In this document: piece by piece, positions 1-12,520 of the stretch
Position numbering within the stretch: the stretch's first letter is position 1
Layout of the letters: each line of letters starts with the position of its first letter
Assembly (NCBI RefSeq): GCF_009834535.1
Contig: NC_045696.1
Coordinates: 106,270,001-106,334,000 of the forward strand
Origin: Camelus ferus
Taxonomy: Eukaryota
Direction of reading: 5' to 3'
Length of the DNA stretch: 64,000 nt
Translations under genes and position numbers: made by a program
The notes under the pieces: generated by a model
What the model saw: only the letters and a program-made list of their open reading frames with translations
Databases searched by the model: none
What the model was told of the DNA's origin: nothing

Positions 1-296
1 CCCAAATAAGCCTCTACTGCATCCCACACACACATGACTCCCATGTATTTGGTCTTCTCAATGCCCCCACCTAATTTACTAATCTCATGTTCAACCCCAA
101 ATGAGTGAACTCAAAGATTCATCTTTCTGCCTTTAACTTGTATCTAGGTTCTCTGGGTGTAGTTGGGCATCACTGCCCCAGCTCCCTGGAGCCCTCCACA
201 GGCCTGCCGGCTGGTGACCATCCCCCATCCTGCGGGTGGGATGGGCCCGCTGACCCTCTGCAGGCCTGGGTCACTGTTTCCCCCTCCCTGTGCTAG

Positions 297-451
297 GAGG
301 CATTTGAGAAGTTGCTCCATTACATGTGCAGTGGACCGAGCCGCCTCCTGATCCTCACCAGGACTGAGGGTACCGAGGACGTGGTCACCGCCTGGCGAAC
401 CCTCATGGGGCCCTGTGACCCCGATGTGGCCAGGAGGGAGCAGCCTGACAG
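297..451 (+). CDS. NME9: NME9 internal coding exon (NDPK-like domain; gene begins upstream of the window)
   Basis: Acceptor ccctgtgctag, donor ag|gtgatg; 155 nt. Translates EAFEKLLHYMCSGPSRLLILTRTEGTEDVVTAWRTLMGPCDPDVARREQPD(S), recognisable as NME9. Confidence 0.93.
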
Positions 452-1179
452 GTGATGTCACCAGCTGTGGTCCTTTTATCTATCTCAAAACCTGCATCCA
501 AGGAAGCTGAGAGCCCTGCTCCAGGTTCAGCCCAGAGTCGTGGGTAACACAGGAGGCTCTTTGACAGCCACGGAGCTCCTTCTTTGTTATATGTGGGAGG
601 AGTCCCTGACCTCTCTGTTAGGGATTTTAGGAGACCCTGACATCCTCCCCCTCTGATCCAGCCCCCAGCCCTTCACAGGGGCCTCCTTGTGGCCTCTCCC
701 CCTCTTCTGAAGGCTGTGGCTGGATCCAGTCCTCACTGTTCTCTCTGCAGCCAGAGGATCCCGTAGCGTGGTCCCAGAGCCCCCTGCCACACTCATCCAG
801 GAAGTGCAGATTCCCAGACTCCATACAGGCCTGCCAAGTCAGAGACTCTGGGTGGGGCCTAAGAATCTACATTGTAGACTGAACCCCCACCCCCATTTTC
901 TACTCCCTGCCCAAGGTGTCCTGAGTCCCTGAGAGCCTGAGCACCCTGTTCTGTATACTGCACCGGGCTGCCTCGGTCTGCTCCCTGGCCCTGTGTGAAT
1001 ATTTAGCCTGGCACCACCAACGCCAAATCCACTGTGTCTTGCCCTTGAAGCTGAGAGAGGCCCAGCCAATGGGAAAGAAATTAGCAAGAGACTAAGTAAC
1101 TGCGGTTGTACCTTGTAGTTGTAGAGGGCCGGGAACACTCATGTACGAGGCAGCCTGGGCCAGTGAAAGATGGCCCAGG

Positions 1180-1360
1180 GTTCAGGTCTTAGGTTTTCTG
1201 AGCCTCACTAACTGTGACCTTGGGTCATCCATGCTTTAATCCCTCCGTGCCTCAATTTCCTCATCTGAAATATGGGAACTATAACAGGACATGCCTCATG
1301 TTAAGTATGTATATTTGAAGTACTTAGAATATTGACATGCAGGAAGTCCTAGCAATATTA
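1180..1360 (+). mobile_element. MIR SINE remnant
   Basis: CTGTGACCTTGGG...GCCTCAATTTCCTCATCTGAAATATGGG. Confidence 0.7.
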
Positions 1361-1754
1361 ATGTTATCTTAGGAGGTCTTGGGTGGGGGGATTAACTATG
1401 CCAACTTGTAGCGAGCCCTCGGCAGGATGCTAGCCAGCAACACAGTGGCAGCTCCTGGGCTTACACCATGACTCAGGCATATTTAAACTGGGGATCATGA
1501 CAGAGTCTCCCTGTGGCACAAATGAAGGGAGATCAGGTACGGGAGGCACTGGCAGGGTGCCCAGTATGCTGCCGTGGTGGAATAGATGCCAGTTCCTCTC
1601 GCCTTCACTGCTGTTCTCGGCATTTCCAACAGAGAGAAAGCCGTGTCACAGAAGTGTCAGCTGCTGATTGGGAGCTGGTGGCCGTGTTGCCCCAGAGCAG
1701 AAAATTTCTCTTCCAATGAAATAATTGTTTCTTGTTCATTTTGTCTGTTCCCAG

Positions 1755-1891
1755 TCTCCGGGCTCAGTATGGCACAGAAATGCCCTTTAATGCAGTCCAT
1801 GGAAGCCAGGACTCGGAAGATGCCCGCTGGGAACTGGCGCTGCTCTTCCCCAGTTTTAAGTTTTCACATGAGGTTCTGGAAGCCCCTCTGG
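1755..1891 (+). CDS. NME9: NME9 coding exon carrying the NDPK histidine motif NAVHGS
   Basis: Acceptor tctgttcccag, donor g|gtgagt; 137 nt, phase-compatible with the previous exon. Translates (S)LRAQYGTEMPFNAVHGSQDSEDARWELALLFPSFKFSHEVLEAPL(G). Confidence 0.94.
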
Positions 1892-3319
1892 GTGAGTCAT
1901 TAAGGCAGAGCTGCTCTTTATTAAATCTGCAGGGAGCACGTGGGGAGACTGATAACAACTATGTGGTAACCAAGTGCTCCATCTAATAAGGGCCTGCTGG
2001 GAAAACAGGGGCCACTACGTAACAGCAGCAGCAGTCCTGCTCGGTTGCGTTTTCAGAGTAACAGTATTGCTTTTTACCTTGTTACACTTTTTGCTGCATT
2101 TTACTTTGGAGCCATACTCTCATTGCAAAGTTACTTTGTATTCTCCTACGGAAACCACAGGGAAAATTTAACTCATTTTCTGGAAGCCAACTTCAAAGGC
2201 AGAGGCCAGGATGTCACCCCCTACTTCCACCAAGCCCTTGGTGGGGTCACTGAGAAGCAGAGGGTGACACACAGGGCCCTATGCCCTGGGATGCTCTGAC
2301 TCTCATATACCTCAGCCCACACATTTTGGGAAAAGTGTGCTGGGTCGTCCCCACCTTCACATCTGGGTGAGAAACCCTGGGGGCTCAGAGGGCACGTGAC
2401 TTACCTCCCTCCACAAGCGGAAGCAGGTCACCAGGCCTGGGCTGTTCCTGCCACCGAGTGGCACTGGCACATCTTGGGCGGGAGCCCGAGGTGAGGCGGA
2501 ATGGGCCAGGGGCTGAATGTCCTGGGAAGAGCAAAGGACATGAGGGTGGCTGTCTCAGGAGAAGGCTGCCTGCTGCTCTGAAATGGCAATAACCTCTGTG
2601 TGCTTGAATGCTCGGGTTTTAACCAATATAGTTTACTAAACGTTTGATGTGTTCCTCGCAGTCTCAAGATCTGAATCCAGCCAAGCAAGAACAGGTGGTC
2701 TGAGGGGTGGGGGTAGGCAGGATGGGAGCTGAGCCCTGCTGGCCCTTGTCTCATCCACTTGCTGCTCATGGCCAGCTGAGGGGTGAGCAGGAGGGGCATG
2801 GGGTTTAGGGAGTTGAGAAATCCTGGGAAGTGTGGCTTCATGTGGATCAGAGACCCAAGCCTGCACATCCAAGTGCAAGTGGTTCTCCAAAGCCATCCTC
2901 TGCAGAGAAGAACTCTTACCTGGTGGCACTTTGAGGGCCAGCTTTCCTCTGGGGAACTGCCCTCAGAGAGAGCCCGCGATGCATTTCCTTACACGTCCTG
3001 AGTCACAGGACATCTTCACCCTTTTGCAGGGGTGATTGGAAACAAGGAGGTCTGACTCGACAACGCTCTTGAGGAGAGTTGGGAGATCAGGAGCCTGACT
3101 TTCTGGCCTCAGGTGATAATGAGCAAAGGGAACAATTCCAGAAGATTCTGAGCCCAGACCACATTCAGGAATAGGTGCACAGCTTCCCGCAGGCATGACC
3201 TTGAAGCAGCCTCGCCGAGGTGCTGGTGTTCTGCCCACGTGTCTGATGTGTGTGTGTCGTGCCTTCACAGTTGGCAGGAGCAGCACGTGCTTTCACGGTG
3301 CCCAGCACTTTTTCTGGGC

Positions 3320-3560
3320 ACTGGAGACTGACAATCCTGGGTTTGAATCCTGGCTCCACTATTTATTAGCTGAATAGCCTTAGGAAAGTTGCTTTCCTTT
3401 TGGGACCTCAGTTTCCTCATCTGTGAAATGGAGATGATGATAGACCCACCCATCCCATAATAAGCACCTTCCTCAGTGAGCTCTCCTGAGGGTGAGAGGA
3501 GACAAAGCATGTGAAGTTCTCAGCCTGGGGCCTGACACGTGTGAAGTGCTCAACCAGTGT
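3320..3560 (+). mobile_element. MIR SINE
   Basis: CCTGGGTTTGAATCCTGGCTCCAC...CCTCAGTTTCCTCATCTGTGAAATGG core. Confidence 0.8.
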
Positions 3561-3763
3561 TATGTCCTCTCTTAATTCTTTCCTAGTCCCTAGCACACGT
3601 ATTAGGACCCCTCAATGCCGCTCCATCCACCGTGACCCCTTGCCTCAAGGCCTGCGATGTAGCTAGCTCGCCCTTTCCGCTGTCCCTTTGTGGACAGTGT
3701 GAGGGACGGAGGAGAGGGACAGGGCTCTGGTTGAGGTCCTACAGAACTCTTGTCGTCCCACAG

Positions 3764-3858
3764 GCCGCAAGGCTGCAGGAGCCGAGGGCCCCAGCAAGGT
3801 GCTGTGCTTCCCTGAGGATGTGGACGAGGCAGCTGAGCTGTCGTGCCAGAGCCCATGA
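3764..3858 (+). CDS. NME9: NME9 proximal terminal coding exon
   Basis: Acceptor tgtcgtcccacag; phase 1. Translates (G)RKAAGAEGPSKVLCFPEDVDEAAELSCQSP*, with TGA at 3856-3858. LCFPEDVD matches the recalled human NME9 C-terminus. Confidence 0.88.
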
Positions 3859-4164
3859 CCCGGGCAAGGCCACGAGGCAAAGCGTCGGTGCACCTATATC
3901 TGCTGCACATAAGGAAACCTCCAGGGTTGGAACTTCCTCTTTTGAGCATCAATACTTTTTGGGTTTCGCTCTCTTGTGAATGAAAAAAAAAAACACGGAA
4001 TCTACTTTCTTGCCTGATTAAATAGTACGTAGAGTAACATATACTTTTTGGGGGGGCATCTCTGGGGCATTTTAGAAAATTCATGGACATCAGTTATTGT
4101 ACCCTGCTGTGATGTGGTGTCCTCTCAGGGGACACTGAGTTACAGAGCGCAGTGTTTCCCCAGT

Positions 4165-4170
4165 AATAAA
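4165..4170 (+). terminator. NME9: Candidate NME9 poly(A) signal AATAAA (an ATTAAA also lies at 4017-4022)
   Basis: First canonical hexamer, ~300 nt after the NME9 stop codon. Confidence 0.55.
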
Positions 4171-6679
4171 TCTCCTTTAGGAATGAAACCATTTTAGACC
4201 TTAACTTGGTAATAGTGAACTTGAAAACAGTGCAACAAGATTGCCTGTGACACTTCGGGGCTTATTGACATGGGGGCAGACACAAATCAGCTTTAAATCT
4301 TCATGCTGCCCACCTCGGCCACACGAGCCGTCCTGGGATGCTGCCAGATTTGCTGTCTGCAGCTCACCACGAATTGGGCCATGCTCATAAAGCAAGGCTC
4401 AGGGGTTACATTTGGCACCAGGGTTCCTCTAATTTTCTTGACACCCCCTTCTCCCATGTCTATGGTTTATTTTGGCTAAAGCCTAATTTTAAAACCGAAG
4501 AGGTCCCAGAGGTGGCTCCAGCTCTCACTGAATTGCCGGGTTTAGCCCTCCCTCCATGGCGTGCCCTTGAGGGACATGGGGTTTTCAGTGAAGAGTAACC
4601 ATCACCACCCCTGTGACTAGTAACTTGCACAGCCACTTCCTCTGACTGGTTTGCTCTCTGGTTTATTTGGAAATTCACTGAGCCCAGCCATACTCTTTCC
4701 TTGCTGACTGAGGAAAAGGTTGTGTCCTTCTAAATCACAAGGCAAATGGCAGAAATTTCCTTCTCATTTGCTGGTTTGCTCCAGAGGGCTTCGCACTTAT
4801 GACTTGAAGAAGCTCTTTAAAAGGATGGTTAGCTCCCAGAGTTTATGGGTGTCTCATTGTTTCTGCCAGCCGGCAGCCGGCAGCGCGAGGCCCTCAGTGC
4901 TGGCCCCGGGCACAGAGGGATGAGTCAGGCTGCAGATGTGGGGACCAAGGTCTGACACCAGGTGGGTGGCTGCCTTTACCATGACCTTGTGTCACCTCTG
5001 GATAGAAACACGCCTGCCCGCTGTGTTCATCTGTACAGGCCCCCGTGAAAAACAATGGACTCAGTGGCGCCATCCTTACAGAATCTGTCAGGAAGGCTGA
5101 ATCCACTGTTCCAGGTCCACACACACAGCCCACCACGGGGCCGTGCTCTTCCCTTTGTGTGTGGCCTCAAGAGGGGGGCTCAGTTGGCCTGTGCTCACTT
5201 CAGCACTGGTAGCGGAGCCCTCCGCCTGGTCTTCCACAGCCTGGGTGGTGTGTGGCTCTGCTGCTTGGGGTACACCCAGCTGACAGCTATCTGATCTCCC
5301 AGAAGCCCGGAAGCCAAGTTTCCATCATCGGAGAGATGAGAAATGGAGCGACCAAGGCCTTGGACAGCAGGGGAGGGAGAGGAAGAGGAGGCAGGCGAAC
5401 TGAGCCTGGGTGTGTGGCAGCGACGGGGGTTGGTGTCTGTGACAGCCGTCCGGCCTTCCCAGGAAGTGGCTGGGAGTGGCAGAGCTCGGGGGGGGGGGGG
5501 GTGGAGGGATACCAGGTGACAGGGTGAGGGTGGGAGGCGTAGTGACACCCCTCTTCCTTCTATCACATGGCAGGGCACTTCTTTTCTCAGAGTCCAGAAG
5601 GTTCCTGGCAGAAGGAATGAGGGTGGGGTGGAAGGGGAGGAAGAGAAGGCTCTCGAGAGTGGCTGAAATGTCTGTCCATCGTCTGAGGAGGGGACTCCTG
5701 GGCAGAGACCCCAGGCCTGCAGGATGGGCGGCGTTTTAGGTGTTAATGCTTCTCAGCTCCTGGGTGTGAGTGCCTGACAGGGTGGAGGGCAGGCCTGGCT
5801 CCAGGAAGTCAAGGAGGCGGCTCCTCCCCAAGGACTGGCTCTGGCCCTCCACTCAGTGAGAAGGCTGACCCTCTGGCACAGCCAAGGCCAGGAGCAGGGG
5901 CTGCAAGGACCCAGGGAGGAAAGTGCTCAGTGGGCCACACAGTGGCCTTGAGGGAGCCAGGTCATGGACCAAAACTTCCCTCAAGCTGGGAACTGACACA
6001 TACCTCCCTGCCCAAAGATAGGGAAAATCTGTGCCAAGGGGCAGGACTGCTGGGGCAGGCCCAGGCTCTAGCCTGAGGGCAAGGTGTCGGGAGCTCCCTC
6101 TGTCGGCTCTCCATCAGGATCTGGGATCAGTCCCCCTTTCCCAGGCCTTGCTTCCAAGTTCCCTTGTGGCAGGGGAACCCCCTCCTGACCATCTTCCCCC
6201 AACCCCCATGCTCTAGGGCAGGTGTCCTTGGCTTTCCCCCCGGTTCTAGTGAGGCCAAGAGACAGAAGGTGCCTCCCTACATTTCAGAGACGGGGAAAGA
6301 AGGCAGCGCACAGCAAGTGCAGGGCGCTGGTCATTTGCCAAACCCTGGGCTTGAGTCCAGGGGGTGGTGGCAGTGGGAGTGGCAGAGATAAGAAGGGGGA
6401 AGGACAGAGTGGATGGACACAACATTGGGGAGGGGGGCGTCCTGGTGGCTGGGATGGGCCCCTGTAAAGACCAGGAAGAGGGAAACCCCAACTCCTGCAG
6501 AGGCCCTTGGCAGCTGCTAGGAAACACCCTAGGGCACTGGCCCCCATTGTGAAATGCAAAGTCACTTTTCAGCCTCTCATTCACCAAGAATCCTAGATTC
6601 CCAAAGCCAGTACACATTACCTTCTAATGTTTCCCAATGTTCTAGATATTTGGAAAACAGACTCCTTGTTAGAAGTTGC

Positions 6680-9256
6680 CACAATTTTTTCTTGGCTTTT
6701 ATTAGCATGTGTTAAAATCATAGTATCCAAACACTACCAGAAGAACATGTATTGTTCTGCATAAAGTGCTTAAGGAAAAAAAAATGCAACTTATTCAATT
6801 GGACATTCTTTTCTAGTTCATAGATTTTGGGTTACAATCAGGGCACAAAAGGAGAAACAGAATGCAGTATTAGAGAGAGCGAGAAGCTTAGTTAAGAACT
6901 TGGGTGGAGACACAAGACCACGTCCCGTCCCGCCCCTCCCACTTCATTGCTGACTGAACACTGCACCTGCATAAAGCAGCAAACAGCTTTGTTTTAATAA
7001 ATATATTTCCCTTCATTCAAATCGGAAAAGTTAATTATAGTAAAGCACTTTTTCTTTGACCATCTGTTTTTAGCCACAGACAAGATTTAGCCACAGAGTT
7101 TAAGTGTGAAAGTGTTATTTCATTGGGCTTTCAGCTTTCTAATGCTATCTGGGTTCAAGATTGTCTGAGCAATTCATTATTGGTTTATTTATATTTAGCT
7201 GGTACTTTAAAATACCAACTCTGTAGTGTTCAGATGCTCTGTACAGATGCCAACCAATGATATTTCCTCAGTACTAGAAATGTCAGTGAGTGGGCCTACA
7301 CAAGGCCCCTCCCCCAACACACTCCATTTCTTTAAACTGGCTTCCGCACGTTAACATTTTGATGGCTGCACAAAACCCAAGTCCCTCTTGTGACAGATTT
7401 TTAAATTGGTGATATTCTGAAAAAAACAACAACTTGGAAATCTCTGCGTTTGAATCTTGGGTGGTCATGTTGAGAACAGAAAAAAACTGCATTAAATACA
7501 CTTTTAAAACATTCATTTGCAATCAAACACATTTAAATCTTCCAAGGAAGGAGCAGGCTGGTGACGGGGTGGCTGCACCTGGAGCAGCCCCGTCTGGAGT
7601 GGCTGGCGGGCTCGGGAGCCTGTTTGGGACATGCACTCAGGCAAGCTTCTGGGCCGCAGACCTCGCTTCTTGGCTGCAATGCCTTTGAACTTCTTATAGC
7701 AAACAGAAGAGGAAGGCTGGCTGTACCTTCAAATAGTCAAGAGCAACCTCGTTGAGTTCAGCTTGAGGCTGACCCAGAAGCTGAAGCAGGTGCCAAGCTC
7801 AGGGCTGCCAAAGGGCTAAGCAGTACTGGCTGTAAAAAGAAGTCATCTTCGGTTCTCCTGGGGAGACCCCCTTGCCTTCTCTCAAACTTCAGTGCTTTGG
7901 GCTTCGGGCAGGAAAAGATCTTAGCTGCATCTCTTACTAAAATTTCCATATCATTTTATAAAAGCACACTGAATAGCAGTCCTGAGTGACAAGTATACAG
8001 AATTTGCTGAGTGTAGCCAAGAGAAAAACAGCTTTCTAAACTATCCTGTTCTTTGCCTCTGTAGATGCGTCTGTAGAACATTCTTCAGTTTCACAGTGAT
8101 ATATGCTGTTTCAGGAAGCACAAGGTGATCAGACTTTGTTTCCAGGAAGTGATGACCTACTTTAGCTTGAGCACAAGTTTCCATGACTGGTTCTAAATCC
8201 TGCCGTGTGTTGCTACACCAGTGACAGGATTCAGAGCAGTCGGGAGGCTCTCAGCGCCCAGTTCCCGCCAAACGTGGCCCACTGGAGTCCCGGCTCGGCT
8301 TTCACCATCAGTAGTTCTACTTCCCTTCGATGTTTCAAAAAACGTATAGTGTATCTGTTGCCTCACTTCACTCCACCCTGTCCATGTGACTTGGAAGCCT
8401 GAGAGCTTATTGAATTAGGCTGAAAAGAGGCTCTGTACCTGCTGATATTGACGGCAGTAAGATGCTAGCTTACTATTTTGCACAGCACCATATATTGTGC
8501 CTGTTATTCAGGCCAACTATAGCCAACCTTTTCTTTTTTTTTTTTTTTTTTGTTTTTTGGGTTTTTTGTTTTGTTTTGTTTTGTTTTTTTTATAAAGAAA
8601 ATCTATGTAAGTTGAGGTTCAGAAATGCATATATTTTTTACTTACAAATATTCATCTGACCAAAATTCAACATAACCTTTATGGAACACTTAACAATTGT
8701 TTTGTTTTTAAAATAACATTTCATTCAAACTGTATATAATTCAGTAAAGTTTTTTATACAGCAAGCAATGCTTAAACCCTGGAAAATCTGTAGAAAAGAG
8801 ATTTTCACACAAAATAAGGAAAGAAAACTTTGAGGTATCCCTCACAGACACACGCACCCATTCACTCTGTCCCTCGTGCACGCATGCGCACACACACACA
8901 TACACACACACCTGTGTGCGCAGACACACATCCATTCTCACTCACAAAGTGGCTGCAGCATAGGCAAAAAATTGTAGGTCCAATGGAAAATAATTGATTG
9001 TTCTAATAGAGTCCAGGTAGCTCAGAAAGAAACAAAACAAAACACAATAGTCCTCTGAGGAAATTACTACCTCAAAAAAAAAAAAAAAAAAAGTCCTCAA
9101 GATGAATTTGAGATCTAAGCCTACCAAATTGCTTTTGCAAAACAGCTCCCTGCAGTCCAAGGTGACTTGTGCAAATAGAAGGAATCAAATGAGGCTAGTT
9201 CCTGTACTTCCTTTAACAAGGATGTGGGATGCTTGCAGGTGCCCAGGGCGCTCCCC
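6680..9256 (-). other. ARMC8: ARMC8 (alpha) 3'UTR with several candidate poly(A) signals
   Basis: AT-rich stretch with no recognisable interspersed repeat after the stop codon. Minus-strand AATAAA at 7184-7189 and 6698-6703, ATTAAA at 6993-6998. The 3' end is approximate. Confidence 0.7.
8529..8591. repeat. T-rich/(TTTTG)n tract (A-rich in the ARMC8 mRNA)
   Basis: Directly visible. Confidence 0.95.
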
Positions 9257-9290
9257 TCACGCCAGGTACTGCTGCAGTGCCATCTTTGCC
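9257..9290 (-). CDS. ARMC8: ARMC8 last coding exon (~exon 22)
   Basis: Acceptor gtgattccag; (K)AKMALQQYLA* with TGA at 9257-9259. Confidence 0.95.
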
Positions 9291-11379
9291 CTGGAATCAC
9301 AAAGTTCCTGTTAGCCATCACCTCAGAAATGTGATTAAGGCAAAAAAGCCTCGGTTCAAAGATGATAGCTGGGAGAGCCAAGAAAGGTGGATTCCCAAAG
9401 GGAACTGGGGTGAGCCCTGTTGACATCTGCCACGGGGGGCAGAGATCTGTGTCAGCACAAACTTCAAACCCAGGCTGCCTACATTCCTCTTCCTGTGGCC
9501 CTGCTCTTGTCCCTACAGCTGCTGCAGCCTGGTGACATTCTATAGTTTTCCTGTCACTGGCATAGAGTTGTGATGGATCTGGAATTCCTGACTTTCTCCT
9601 GTTCTGGTGTAGGTTTTATCTAGCACTGCAGGACACTGGGGAGGACACTTAGGGTTCTGGGAAGCTATGAGGAAAACTGACACACGGAGAGGTGGGTAGG
9701 TGCTGATGAAAAGTTACATGGGGAGGGCCAAGAGCTCATGGGATGAGGGTGCCTCGTGGTTCAAATGCTTTAAAACTGAGGAAGGGAGGTTACAATTTTA
9801 TTCCATTCTCATCATGCCTGATGACACTGACCAGCGTGGGATGGCGGTTGTCATGGTGATTAGGGAAGAAGGTAGCTGGTCAGAGAGGAAAAGCTGTAAT
9901 TGGACAATGACTTAACCTGTCCAGATCCTTGTCAAAGTGCCTTCCTTTAAGTGGGGACTGAGAAGGCTACCTTTACTCTCTCATCATGAACTTGGTATAG
10001 TTCAGCTGTGGAAGTTAGGAAGTCTGGTTTTAGCAATGGCCTCCCCATCTAAGTTATGGAAAGTAAAGGCTAAAATTTCCCATTACTATCAGCTGATGAA
10101 AGTAGACTGGGCATGCAATAGGCTGGACTCAAGTGCAGTTTCTTCGGTGTAAACAGTCCGATCCATCAGAACAGAGAGCTCCATGCAGGCCGCTCCATGT
10201 TATGAGCGAGCTGGGTTTCTACAAGACTGTTTTCCTAGGGAACACATTATGAATAATGCTGCAGGTGACCTCTTATACACCGTAACTTCACAGATCTGAG
10301 GCCCTCTGAGCCTGGGGTGGAGAGGCCTGGTTAGTAATTTCTCCTCATCTGTAAGTGTTTGAAAGTGAAGGATCACAAAGCCTCAGAGACAGAAAGAACT
10401 GGAGAGATGTCATCTCTAGGTAATAGATTTTACTGGGCCATGATGGGAACGTCCCCGTGAGGGTCTTGACTGGAGTTCTGCATTGCTTTTTAAAACTGCC
10501 AATTCAGACTCCTTCTGGGTCTTTCTAAGGGTTGGCTGTGTTTGATTACATCTGCCCTCAGAGACTGTGCCCTCGCTAGCTTTCCGCTATCTATTAATAT
10601 CTAAGGCGTTTTTCGGATGGATGGGTTTGCAGGCAAGGTCACCTTTCCTAAATGGACTTAGGCAGGGGAGCTCAGACCTTGACTCTGTTAATGGAGTTTA
10701 AGAACTGCTGAAAACATATGTGCCACACAAATTTGGGGAAACAGGACCAGGCCAGTCTCAGCAACGCAGGCCAGGGCTTAAACCTATTCCATCTCATGCT
10801 GGTGAGGCCTCTTTTAGTGTTCCAGGTCATCCCAGAGATGACCTTGAGCAGAATTAGTTTAATTTCTGAACATGAAAGATAACCCCAGGGAACAGGCTGG
10901 CTCCCAGCCAGAAGACACAGGCTGATAGAGGCTGTCTCTTAGGCCAGCAGCTGTGGAGGCAAAGGCGGCGGCTCCAGTCCTCAAGGTTCAGCTCAGATCC
11001 AGCCTTCGGCATGTGGCTGCTCGTGACTTGCCTGTGACGTGATGCTCATCTGAGCGGCCGCCTCGGGCTGCAGTTATTTGGGGGTCTGTCTTCTCTAAGC
11101 CCCTGGACGGCAGGCTTCAGGGAGGCAGAGGCCCGGTTTCTGTGTGCTCTGATCTGGCACAGCCGTTCACTCAGGGAGCCATGACCCAGTGCCTCTTCCC
11201 TTCCGTAGGGCCAATGGGCAAGCTGACAGCCGTGTCACAGTGGGATGTTATCTAGGTGCCGTGGGAGCAGAGAAGGAGTCCCTGGCACAGCCCGGGGGAG
11301 GGTGGAGGATGGTCCAGCAAGACTTCTCGGCGGAGGCGACAACCTGGTCTGAGTTTTGAAGGACCCGTGGCCACTGTCC

Positions 11380-12520
11380 AGGGAATTCTCTGCCCTTGCT
11401 TTCAGGACACCTTATGCACCTGGGTCTCGGTCTGCCTTACCAGCTCTTCCTTCTGTTCCTCTGCTGGACCTTTTTTTATCTCCTCCAAAATGTTGGCGTG
11501 TCCCAAGCATGCTCCTTAGCCCTCCTGTCTTCTCTCCTCTTTCACCCTCCTTAGGTGACTCCATCCAGCTCCACGGCTTTCTATATCATCCCAATTTGTA
11601 CCTTCAGCCCCACTCTCCCAAGTCCCTTGGATATCAAACAGCATCAAAAAGCTGGAACACCAGACAAGGACTCTGGGTCCTCTCTACCCCCACTTCTCTT
11701 GTGTTCTTCACTAACTTGGTAAGTGACAACCCTCTATTCAGTTGCTCAGAACAAAACTCTAAGCATTTTCCTTTCCCCTCTTTCTTTAACAGCCTACAGG
11801 GGATGCATGGGCAAATCCTATTGGCTCTACCTTTAGATTACATTCTGAATCCAACTACATCTCACCACTCCTACCACTACCGCCCCCATCTCTTACCTGA
11901 CAAGACTGGAACAGCCTTCAGCTGGTCTCCCTGCTTTCATTCCTGCCCTACTACAGACGATTCTCCAAACGGCCACCAGAGGGCTCTTTTAAAAGTTCAA
12001 ATCAGATACTGTCTCTTCTGTTCAAAACTCTCCAATGACTTCCTATTAAACTCTGAATAAAATCCAAAGTCCTTACTATGGCCTACAAGGCTCCCTGAGT
12101 CCACTGCTTATCACTCTCCCCCTCGTTTATTTTCCTGTGGTCTTCCTGCTTTTTCTTAAGCAGCCAAGCTCATTCCTGCCTTGAGTCCCCTCTGCCTGGA
12201 ATACCTCTCTTCTAAACATCGGCCTGGCAGGCCCTGTCATTTCATTCAGGCCTCTGACCAAACGTCACATCCTCAGGGAGGCCTTTACTGACTCATCTAT
12301 ATGAAGAGCTTTCTTACTCTCCACACCCTCACCTTGCTGATTTTTCTTCACAGTACCCTTCATTACCTGCTACACATTAATTTGCTTATTGTGTCTTCTG
12401 TGCTAGAATTTAAGTTCCACGAGGGCAACGACTTCATCAATTTTAGTCACCGTTTTATCTCCAATAACTGAAAAGATGCCTGGTAGAGGTTAGTATTAAC
12501 AAAAATATTCATTGACTGAA
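11380..12520 (+). mobile_element. L2 (LINE-2) 3' fragment
   Basis: L2 hallmarks CTCAGAACAAAAC, AAAACTCTCCAATGACTTCC, AATCCAAAGTCCTTACTATGGCCTACAAGG, TAAGTTCCACGAGGGCA, ending in a TGAAT tail. Confidence 0.8.

Noticed and set aside
1892..1986. NME9 read-through tail GESLRQSCSLL...
   Set aside because: Follows a consensus GTGAGT donor with a good downstream exon; no nearby canonical poly(A) support.
4860..6550. GC-rich intergenic stretch with short ORFs and G-runs as a novel gene or CpG island
   Set aside because: CpG density is low, the ORFs are low-complexity with no consistent splice structure, and I found no convincing CTCF motif.
11356..12060. 234-aa ORF, the longest in the track
   Set aside because: Lies inside an L2 remnant, starts at a non-ATG codon, and has no splice context or recognisable domain.
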